Positions 1 to 7,228 of a stretch of 64,000 nt of DNA are shown here, piece after piece (the stretch's first letter is position 1; the number at the start of each line of letters is the position of its first letter). A program made the position numbers and the translations under genes. The notes beneath the pieces are model-generated. The model did no database searches. It was given only the letters and a program-made list of their open reading frames with translations, and was not told the DNA's origin. Location: assembly GCA_964508705.1 (NCBI GenBank), contig CAZDUS010000004.1, forward strand, positions 2,762-66,761, read 5' to 3'. This stretch comes from an uncultured Verrucomicrobiota bacterium. GTDB taxonomy: Bacteria > Verrucomicrobiota > Kiritimatiellia > CAIKKV01 > CAITUY01.

Positions 1-78
1 CTCCCCATCCTGACTCAAAACAGGATCCAAGCTCGAAATACCTCTACGTTTAAGTTCCGCCGCTGTCAAAGTACTCAT
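1..78 (-). CDS. 5-prime end (26 codons, MSTLTAAELKRRGISSLDPVLSQDGE...) of an unidentified gene running off the left edge
   Basis: ATG at 78-76 with GGAG about 8 nt upstream and an AT-rich upstream stretch. The frame stays open to position 1. Too short to assign a family. Confidence 0.25.
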   Translation of the reverse strand, partial: MSTLTAAELKRRGISSLDPVLSQDGE

Positions 79-163
79 GATGCATCTCCAAAAAGTACTA
101 TAAATAATACCAAGTAGTGCGCTTTTTTCAAGAAACATTCACGACATCTCGAAACAGTTACTT

Positions 164-639
164 CTACACCCGGCCTCTATCCCCAAACAGCCTCTTCCCC
201 CACACCGCAATCCCCGCCAGCACCAGCCTCGGAATCTTAATCCACCACACCGACACCCCGATCGCCACAAACAGCAAGGTATCCTCCAACAGCAATGCGA
301 TATCGCAATATGGTGATTCAAAAGATCAGCGTGCTTTTTGGACAGTAACCCGCGCTTCACATTATCAATAATAACACCGGCGCCATAAGCCAACCCAAGC
401 ACATTCGCCACCGTCCAGTCTTCAATGCCGCGGGCCACGCTTCAACCACACAAGACCAAAGCAGCCCCTGCCAAGTTTTCGACATATTTTCCTGCATAAT
501 CACATTCTTGTTTAACGTTCCTGCCAATCAAACAGGGCAAATATTTACGCCGCCATAATATGGGCGTCAACACATTCCGAATTCTAACTTCTGGATTCAT
601 TCCCTTTGTCCTGAACCCCGAACCATTGCTCCCTTTCAT
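164..639 (-). pseudogene. Disrupted small membrane-protein gene (possibly a nucleoside-recognition/Gate-like fold)
   Basis: ORFs 442-639 and 139-438 are in the same frame, separated by TGA at 444-442. The hydrophobic reading ...LLLEDTLLFVAIGVSVWWIKIPRLVLAGIAVWGKRLF... only continues after a 1-nt frame change near 293-297 and stops at TAG 166-164. Confidence 0.3.
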
Positions 640-708
640 ACTTCCCCATCCATCTCACCTCCCATATTATCTTGACGCATCCCCGCTCTCTTTCCATCCT
701 CTACACCT

Positions 709-1572
709 ATGAACCTTCGAAAGATTCTCGATCAGGTCGCTAAAGGCCAACTCAAACCTGCCGCCGCCGAACAACACATCGATGCCACCCGCGAAAAGAA
801 TCTCGGCTTCGCTCGTGTCGATACCGACCGCCTCCGCCGCCGCGGCTTCCCAGAAGTCATTTTCGCCCAAAGCAAGACCGCCGACCACATCGTCAAGATC
901 ATGACGGCCCTCAATGAGTCCGGCCAGAATGTATTGGCCACCCGTGCCAACCCGGCCCAATACGAAGCCGTCCGCAAAGTCTTCCCGAAAGCCGTTTATC
1001 ACGAGGCCGCCCGGATCATCGCCCTCGACGTCAAACCCGCCACCCCCGCCGTCGGCCTCGTCGCCGTCCTCTGCGCCGGCACCACCGATATTCCCGTGGC
1101 CGAGGAAGCCGCCATCGTCGCCGAAAAAATGGGCGCCAACGTCCGCCGCGTCTTCGATGTCGGCGTAGCCGGTCTCCACCGCCTCATTCATCACCTGCCC
1201 GATCTCCAAAAAGCCCGCGTCCTGATCGTCGTCGCCGGCATGGAAGGCGCCCTTCCCTCCGTCGTGGGCGGCATGACGCAAGCCCCGATCATCGCAGTCC
1301 CCACCAGCATCGGCTATGGCACCAGCATGCAAGGCACCGCCGCCCTGCTCGCCATGCTGAACACCTGCGTCCCCGGCATCACCGTCGTCAATATCGACAA
1401 CGGTTTCGGCGCTGGCGTCGCCGCCGCCATGATCAACCGCCTCCCCGAACAGCATCGCTTATCAAAGCCGCTCCCTGTAGGGGCGTCGCTCGCCGACGCC
1501 CGCAGACGCCGAAAAACAGCCTCCAATGCTCGCCGTTTGCAATCACCCCATAAAAAGAGGAACTCCCCGTGA
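709..1572 (+). CDS. larB: LarB, pyridinium-3,5-biscarboxylic acid mononucleotide synthase (AIR-carboxylase-like), with a roughly 44-aa Arg-rich tail
   Basis: PurE-like core (GLVAVLCAGTTDIPVAEEA..., VVAGMEGALPSVVGG..., NIDNGFGAGVAAAMINRL). Directly followed by larC with a GTGA stop/start overlap. The tail is read through a REP-like palindrome. Confidence 0.85.
   Translation: MNLRKILDQVAKGQLKPAAAEQHIDATREKNLGFARVDTDRLRRRGFPEVIFAQSKTADHIVKIMTALNESGQNVLATRANPAQYEAVRKVFPKAVYHEAARIIALDVKPATPAVGLVAVLCAGTTDIPVAEEAAIVAEKMGANVRRVFDVGVAGLHRLIHHLPDLQKARVLIVVAGMEGALPSVVGGMTQAPIIAVPTSIGYGTSMQGTAALLAMLNTCVPGITVVNIDNGFGAGVAAAMINRLPEQHRLSKPLPVGASLADARRRRKTASNARRLQSPHKKRNSP
1477..1503. repeat. REP-like palindromic element, copy 1 (GTAGGGGCGTCGCTCGCCGACGCCCGC)
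   Basis: 8-bp perfect stem GGGCGTCG/CGACGCCC around loop CTCGC. Identical to the copy at 4644-4670. Lies inside the 3-prime tail of the larB ORF. Confidence 0.85.
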
Positions 1573-2774
1573 GCCGCACCCTTTGGTTCGACAGCGTGGG
1601 CGGCGCCAGCGGCGACATGATTCTCGCATCCCTGATTGACCTCGGCGTCAGTCCGGAAACCCTTCAGACAGCACTTGCCTCGCTTGGCGATTTCCATATC
1701 CGCCTTGAAGTATCCAAGGTTTCCGATCACGGCCTTTCCGGCACACGCGTCGCCGTGCACACCCACGAGCGCCATGATTCACATCACCACCGCCACGCCC
1801 ACTCACACCGGGGCCTCAAGGACATCACCACAATTATCGAGAGCGCCAGCCTTCCCGGTCTCGTCAAACAACAATCCATTACCGTCTTCCGCCGCCTCGC
1901 CGAAGCCGAAGCTGCCATACACCAGACCACACCGGAAGCCATTCATTTCCACGAAGTCGGCGCCCTCGACGCCATCGCCGATATCGTCGGTTCCTGTCTC
2001 GGTTTGTCATTGCTCGACGTAGACCGCGTCGGTTTCTCTCCTCTCCCGGCCGGACACGGCACCATCACCTGCGCGCACGGAACCCTTCCCAATCCCGCTC
2101 CTGCCACCATGGCGCTCCTGCAGGGTTTCCCCATGGTCCGCGTCGATGAACCTTTCGAACTGGTCACCCCAACGGCGGCGGCGCTCCTATCCACTTGGGC
2201 GGGATCCAGCCTCCCCCCCGCAGGATCAACCATAGGCGCCATCGGACACGCCTTCGGCCACCGCAAACTCAACAGCCGCCCAAACCTCCTACGCGCTACA
2301 CTCATGGAGTCGTCCGCCAACCACAACTCCAGCGACGACTGCCTGGTGCTGGAAACCAACATCGACGACACCACGCCTGAACTGGTCGGCGCCCTCACAC
2401 AAAAACTACTCGCCAGCGGTGCCTTCGATGTCTTCACCACCTCCATCCAGATGAAGAAGCAACGACCGGGTATGTTGCTGACCGTCCTATGTGCGCCCTC
2501 CCGCCGGGAAACCCTGTTGGATTTGATTTTTACCGAAAGCACCACCTTTGGCGTGCGCGAATACATGACCCGCCGCACGATGTTGGAACGCAAGTGGGAA
2601 CCGATAACCACGCCTTATGGCCAGGTGCGCGTCAAACTGGGACAATGGCACGGCAAGACCGTGACTGCATCACCGGAATACGATGACTGCTTGACGCTCG
2701 CAGAGAAGACTGGGGCCCCGCTCCGCACCATCTACGAATCAGCCCGCTCCGAAAGCCGAAAGTTCATCGGGTAA
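1569..2774 (+). CDS. larC: LarC, nickel-pincer cofactor nickel insertion (cyclometallase) protein
   Basis: N-terminus WFDSVGGASGDMILASLIDLG and His-rich stretch HTHERHDSHHHRHAHSH, typical of the LarC/DUF111 family. GTG start with GAGGA about 8 nt upstream. Confidence 0.85.
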   Translation: MSRTLWFDSVGGASGDMILASLIDLGVSPETLQTALASLGDFHIRLEVSKVSDHGLSGTRVAVHTHERHDSHHHRHAHSHRGLKDITTIIESASLPGLVKQQSITVFRRLAEAEAAIHQTTPEAIHFHEVGALDAIADIVGSCLGLSLLDVDRVGFSPLPAGHGTITCAHGTLPNPAPATMALLQGFPMVRVDEPFELVTPTAAALLSTWAGSSLPPAGSTIGAIGHAFGHRKLNSRPNLLRATLMESSANHNSSDDCLVLETNIDDTTPELVGALTQKLLASGAFDVFTTSIQMKKQRPGMLLTVLCAPSRRETLLDLIFTESTTFGVREYMTRRTMLERKWEPITTPYGQVRVKLGQWHGKTVTASPEYDDCLTLAEKTGAPLRTIYESARSESRKFIG

Positions 2775-2881
2775 TACTTGGCCTACTTCACGACCGAAAA
2801 TCCAGCCGGAACATCGACGCTGAAAACCTGCTTCCCGTTTTCACGGCGCCATTTCACGCTTCATACTTCTCCCCCTCCCCC

Positions 2882-3739
2882 TCAAACATTCGAGCCGCGC
2901 CAGTGCAGTTTCTGCCTCAAAACCGAAAAATAGCTGTAGCCAGGCAAATGAATCAACCGCACTCCCTGACCGCTTCGCCGGATTTCAACCCGGTCACCAA
3001 CCACCAACTCCTGCCCCACCTGCCCATCCACCGCCAGCTTCGCGCCCAGCGACCGCCCCACAACCTCCACCGCCACCACAACCTCATCGGGAATCACCAA
3101 CGGCCTAGTACTCAAGGTGTGTGGACAAATTAGGCTCGCCACTAACGTGCGCGCGCTCGGCATCAAGATTGGCCCGCCCGTGGACAAGGAATGCCCCGTA
3201 CTTCCCGTCGGCGTGGAAATAATCAACCCGTCACACACAAAATCACCCACCTCTTCCCCGTTCAACGTCATTCGTAATGTCGCCACGCGGCCCCCACCCG
3301 AGGTCATCACCACATCATTCAAAGCACGGTACCCCGAAATCGTCTCTCCATTCCGAACCACATTGCAATCAACAATGGTCCGCAAAGAGGTGGCATATTT
3401 TCCTGCCACAAGACAGTCGAGTGCGTACTCAAGTTTATCTTCCGTCACGCTCGTCATGAACCCCAGCGCTCCGAGATTAACCCCGATAACAGGAATATCC
3501 CTCCCATCGAGCGCGCGTACGGCGCTAAGCATCGTTCCGTCGCCACCCATGACCATCACAATGTCCGCGCTACGCAAAACATCCCGGGCTGTACCAACCG
3601 CCGTCATCCCCAGCAAAGCGGCCGTCTCCGGCTCCGGCAACAACTGGAGCCCCAGCGCCTCCGCCTTCGTCTTTAGACGCCCCAGAACGCCCTTCGCCTT
3701 TTCCTTCCCGCAATTGGCAATCACTCCAATAGTTTTCAT
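2882..3739 (-). CDS. nadK: NAD(+) kinase
   Basis: GGDGTML motif, ...PTGSTGHSLS... and an overall length of 285 aa. Confidence 0.9.
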   Translation of the reverse strand: MKTIGVIANCGKEKAKGVLGRLKTKAEALGLQLLPEPETAALLGMTAVGTARDVLRSADIVMVMGGDGTMLSAVRALDGRDIPVIGVNLGALGFMTSVTEDKLEYALDCLVAGKYATSLRTIVDCNVVRNGETISGYRALNDVVMTSGGGRVATLRMTLNGEEVGDFVCDGLIISTPTGSTGHSLSTGGPILMPSARTLVASLICPHTLSTRPLVIPDEVVVAVEVVGRSLGAKLAVDGQVGQELVVGDRVEIRRSGQGVRLIHLPGYSYFSVLRQKLHWRGSNV

Positions 3740-3764
3740 AGCACCCCACCTTCTAATCCACCGC

Positions 3765-4541
3765 TTAACATTCTGGATTCTGAATTCCGACTCCTGAATT
3801 CACGCCCCTCCCCTTCCTCCACCACGCCAGAAATTCCACATTCCCCGCTGGACCCTTCAACGGCGACTCACAAAGCCCAAGCCATTCCAAATTCAATGTC
3901 CCCGTCCCGAATTCACGAATCCGCCGAACCACCTCATCCCGCGCCGCCGGATCACGCACCACGCCGCCCTTCTTCACCTGCTCCCGTCCCGCTTCAAATT
4001 GCGGCTTAATCAAGGTCACCAATTCACCGCCGGGCTCAATCAGCGTTGTAACAGGGGGCATAATCAGCGTCAAGGAGATGAACGAGACATCCACAGAAGC
4101 AAACTGGAATGGCTCCGGAATATCCTTGGCCGAGAGATATCGTGCGTTCAACCCTTCCTTCACCACCACCCGGGGATCATTCCTCAGCCGCCAATCCAGC
4201 TGCCCCGTCCCAACATCAATCGCATACACCTTGACCGCGCCGTGCTGCAACATGCAGTCAGTGAATCCGCCTGTCGAGGCCCCGATGTCCACACACACCT
4301 TGCCCTTCACATCAAACCCAAACGCATTGAAAGCCGCCTCCAACTTTCCTCCGCCCCGCCCGACAAATGGCTCTGGCGCCTCAACAGTCACCACCGCCTC
4401 CGTATCCACCTCGCGACCTGGTTTATCCGCCACATTCTCCCCCACTCGAACCACCCCGGCCAGAACAAGACGTTGCGCCTTTTCACGGCTTTCCGCCAAT
4501 CCACGTTCCACCAGCATCAAATCAAGTCTTTGTTTCGCCAT
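3765..4541 (-). CDS. tlyA: TlyA-family rRNA (cytidine-2-prime-O)-methyltransferase
   Basis: S4-like N-terminus (RLDLMLVERGLAESREKAQRLV) plus FtsJ-like SAM fold (VCVDIGASTGGFTD). The last roughly 12 codons are built from the heptamer repeat. Confidence 0.85.
   Translation of the reverse strand: MAKQRLDLMLVERGLAESREKAQRLVLAGVVRVGENVADKPGREVDTEAVVTVEAPEPFVGRGGGKLEAAFNAFGFDVKGKVCVDIGASTGGFTDCMLQHGAVKVYAIDVGTGQLDWRLRNDPRVVVKEGLNARYLSAKDIPEPFQFASVDVSFISLTLIMPPVTTLIEPGGELVTLIKPQFEAGREQVKKGGVVRDPAARDEVVRRIREFGTGTLNLEWLGLCESPLKGPAGNVEFLAWWRKGRGVNSGVGIQNPEC
3770..3801 (+). repeat. TTCTGAA-type heptamer repeat block, containing the 18-mer ATTCTGGATTCTGAATTC
   Basis: 7-bp periodic units TTCTGGA TTCTGAA TTCCGAC TCCTGAA read directly from the sequence. 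Overlaps the tlyA 3-prime end. Confidence 0.8.
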
Positions 4542-4554
4542 AACGATTCCCTAT

Positions 4555-4576
4555 GAATTCAGAATCCAGAATCCAG
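4555..4576 (-). repeat. Heptamer repeat block in inverted orientation (GAATTCAGAATCCAGAATCCAG)
   Basis: 4555-4572 is the exact reverse complement of the 18-mer at 3770-3787. Sits 14 nt upstream of the tlyA start. Confidence 0.8.
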
Positions 4577-4643
4577 CCACCATAAGCCAGCAGAAAATAC
4601 CTCTATCCTATGCTCATCTCCGTGTCTTGGCGGTATTTCGAAT

Positions 4644-4670
4644 GCTTAATCTCGTAGGGGCGTCGCTCGC
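4644..4670. repeat. REP-like palindromic element, copy 2
   Basis: Identical 27-mer to copy 1. Intergenic between tlyA and rlmI. Confidence 0.85.
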
Positions 4671-4764
4671 CGACGCCCGCGGCTGCCGACCTGCCTGTAA
4701 TGCTGCGTATAGCGCTTACAGGCGGACAGGCACCACACTCTACCCACACTTAGGTTTCATCTTT

Positions 4765-4803
4765 GGATTCTGACTTCTGACTCCTGACTCCTGAATTCTG
4801 AAT
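4765..4803 (+). repeat. Heptamer repeat block (GGATTCTGAC TTCTGAC TCCTGAC TCCTGAA TTCTGAA T)
   Basis: Five consecutive 7-bp units upstream of rlmI. Confidence 0.8.
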
Positions 4804-4878
4804 ACGCTCCCTCCCCCTTGACACAATCCGCCCTCTCCTTCATCGTGTTGCCAGTTGTCATCAAGCTGGAGCTATACT

Positions 4879-6072
4879 ATGTCACTGATTCTTCATCTCA
4901 AACCAGGTCGCGATATCCCCATCACCCGCGGCCACCCTTGGATCATGTCCGGCGCCATCGCCAAAGTCGAAGGCTCCCGCGAGGAGGACGAGGCCGATGT
5001 ACTCTCCTCATCCGGCGCCTTCCTCGCCCGCGCCACCGTCCATCCCCATTCCGAAATCCGCGCCCGCGTCTTCGATACCCTTCCCGATGCCCGCCTCGAC
5101 GCCACCGGAATCAAGGAGCGCCTCGCCCTCGCCAAAAGCCGCCGCGAAAAATGGATGGCCACCCCCGCCTCCGGCGCGGAACGCGTCGTCTTCTCCGAGT
5201 GCGACGGACTCCCCGGTCTAATCATCGACCGCTTCGGCAGCGTCCTCGTCATGCAATTGCTGACCGCCCCCTGGGAAAAGCGTCGCGATAGCCTCATCGC
5301 CACGCTTGTCGACCTCTACCAACCCACCACCATCTGGGATCGCTCGGACGTGGATGTCCGTAAACACGAAAAGATTGACCCCCGCAAAGGGCTCGCCTGG
5401 GGAGCCCCCATCTCTGCCCCGGTCACCTTCAAGGAAGGCGACTGGACCTTCCTCGCCGATGTGGAGACCGGACACAAAACCGGCTTCTATCTCGACCAAA
5501 GTTATAATCGCCGCGCCGTCGCCACCTGGGTCCGCCGCCTCGGGGCCCCCCGTGTCTTGAACGTCTTCGCCTACACCGACACCTTCGGCATTGCCGCCCT
5601 AACCAGTGGAGCCTCCTCCGTCCTTTCCATCGACTCCGCCATCTCCGCCCGCGATATCGCCATCCAAATGCACGCGCTCAATAATTTCGATCCCGCTCGC
5701 CACGAATACCGCATCGGCGACGCCTTCGATACCCTCCGCGAACTGCAAAAGGCCGGCAAACAATTCGACATGATTATCCTCGACCCTCCCCGTCTCGTGG
5801 CCCGTCAGGACAAAATGAAACAGGGGCTCCGCGCCTATAAGGACATCAACCTGCAAGCTTGCAGACTTCTCGCCCCCGGCGGAGTCCTGATTACTTTCTC
5901 CTGTAGTGGTCTGGTTGACCGCCACCTTTTTGGCAAAGTCATCGAGGGCGCCACCCGTGACGCCAAGCGCCCCCTGCAATTCCTCGGCGACCTCAGCCAA
6001 CCGCCCGACCATCCGCGCAAACCCGGGTTCCCTGAATCAGAATATCTCAAAGGAATCATCGCCGGAGTATAA
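4879..6072 (+). CDS. rlmI: RlmI/YwbD-like class I SAM-dependent rRNA (cytosine-C5) methyltransferase with a PUA-like N-terminus
   Basis: Motifs RGHPWI, GHKTGFYLDQ, ILDPP and TFSCS. ATG at 4879 with GGAG 7 nt upstream is preferred over the track start at 4855. Confidence 0.8.
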   Translation: MSLILHLKPGRDIPITRGHPWIMSGAIAKVEGSREEDEADVLSSSGAFLARATVHPHSEIRARVFDTLPDARLDATGIKERLALAKSRREKWMATPASGAERVVFSECDGLPGLIIDRFGSVLVMQLLTAPWEKRRDSLIATLVDLYQPTTIWDRSDVDVRKHEKIDPRKGLAWGAPISAPVTFKEGDWTFLADVETGHKTGFYLDQSYNRRAVATWVRRLGAPRVLNVFAYTDTFGIAALTSGASSVLSIDSAISARDIAIQMHALNNFDPARHEYRIGDAFDTLRELQKAGKQFDMIILDPPRLVARQDKMKQGLRAYKDINLQACRLLAPGGVLITFSCSGLVDRHLFGKVIEGATRDAKRPLQFLGDLSQPPDHPRKPGFPESEYLKGIIAGV

Positions 6073-6077
6073 CCACT

Positions 6078-7049
6078 GTGAATAAGGAGACATCCACGTT
6101 CCACTGGCCTGATAAGTTCGCAACCACGTCATCATTTGAAGCCGCGCGGGAAACCCTGCGCACACACTACCTGACCTGCCTAGGCGAAATGCCGGAACAG
6201 GTTGACCTAAACCCTCGTATGCTCGCCTCCGAACAACGCGAAGGCTTCCGCCGCGAGTTGGTGGAATACACCGTGGAAAAGGACGAGGCTCCGGTCCGAG
6301 CCTACGTTTGCATCCCCAACAAACTTCGCCCTGGGGCCCCCGCCGTCGTCTGCCTCCACCAACACGGTGGCCAATTCGCCCTCGGAAAAAGCGAGCAGGT
6401 GGGGCGCATCGGCTCACCCCACCAGCAACAGGCGCTCGATCTGGCCAAGCGCGGCTTCATAACCATCGCCGCCGACAGCCGTTGCTTTGAGGAACGCAAC
6501 AAGTATTGGGATGGCGATTCAATTTACGGCTACAGTCTCCTGCTCAAGGGCGCCACTCTAGCCGGACGATTCATCTGGGACATCCAGCGCGAGTTCGACT
6601 ACCTCGCCTCCCGCCCCGAAGTAAACGCCGACCTGATGGGCCTCATCGGTCATTCAATGGGCTCCCAGCAAGTCACCATCACCCTGCCATTGGAGCCAAG
6701 AATCAAAGTGGCCGTCGCCAGCCAAGGCGCCAAACTTTATTCTGGCATGCTGACCCGCGGTGATTCACTCCCGCAGTCCTATGTCATTCCCGGCTTGCTC
6801 AAGGTCGCCGATCTGGATGCCCTGTTGGCAAGTTTCGCCCCAAAACCTCTTCTAATGCTAGGCCGCTCCATGGACAATGTCAGCCCTTTGGCCGACCAGC
6901 AAATTATCGAACAACGCCTGCAAGCTATCTACGATCTTTACGGTGCAGGCACAAACTTTGCCTTTGTCCGCGAGCCCGGCGGCCACCTTTTCAGCCCCCC
7001 CTTGCGCCAAGCCGCCTACAACTGGCTGGAACAGCACTTGAAAATCTAA
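6078..7049 (+). CDS. Alpha/beta hydrolase (dienelactone hydrolase / esterase-like)
   Basis: GHSMGS nucleophile elbow and VCLHQHGG oxyanion-type region. GTG start, so the exact start is uncertain. Confidence 0.65.
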   Translation: MNKETSTFHWPDKFATTSSFEAARETLRTHYLTCLGEMPEQVDLNPRMLASEQREGFRRELVEYTVEKDEAPVRAYVCIPNKLRPGAPAVVCLHQHGGQFALGKSEQVGRIGSPHQQQALDLAKRGFITIAADSRCFEERNKYWDGDSIYGYSLLLKGATLAGRFIWDIQREFDYLASRPEVNADLMGLIGHSMGSQQVTITLPLEPRIKVAVASQGAKLYSGMLTRGDSLPQSYVIPGLLKVADLDALLASFAPKPLLMLGRSMDNVSPLADQQIIEQRLQAIYDLYGAGTNFAFVREPGGHLFSPPLRQAAYNWLEQHLKI

Positions 7050-7052
7050 CCA

Positions 7053-7077
7053 GTAGGGGCGTCGCTAGCCGAGGCCC
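7053..7077. repeat. REP-like palindromic element, copy 3 (degenerate)
   Basis: GTAGGGGCGTCGCTAGCCGAGGCCC carries two substitutions relative to copies 1 and 2. Lies 4 nt after the hydrolase stop. Confidence 0.7.
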
Positions 7078-7228
7078 ACCCTATTCTCTTCACTTGGCGT
7101 TCTTCGCTCCTTCGTGTGATACCACACACTACACTTGCTTCTAAAAGCGTAATCTCATGTAGTGTTTGGCTATAGGATTAATTCTTTCCTTCTCTTGCCA
7201 TTTTCAGCGCCTTTTGCGCTTTTCGTAG

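Noticed and set aside
442-444. In-frame TGA as a possible selenocysteine codon.
   Set aside because: I see no SECIS-like hairpin immediately downstream. A second lesion (a frameshift) exists in the same gene, so a pseudogene is the simpler reading.
667-1455. 262-aa ORF antisense to larB. Similar long ORFs occur at 732-977, 914-1168, 1314-1775, 1943-2611, 3117-3797, 3999-4773 and 4818-5291.
   Set aside because: They are shadow ORFs typical of GC-rich DNA. They have Gly/Asp/Ala-rich or Arg/Pro-rich low-complexity composition and no recognisable motifs. Each fully overlaps a gene with clear family signatures on the other strand or frame.
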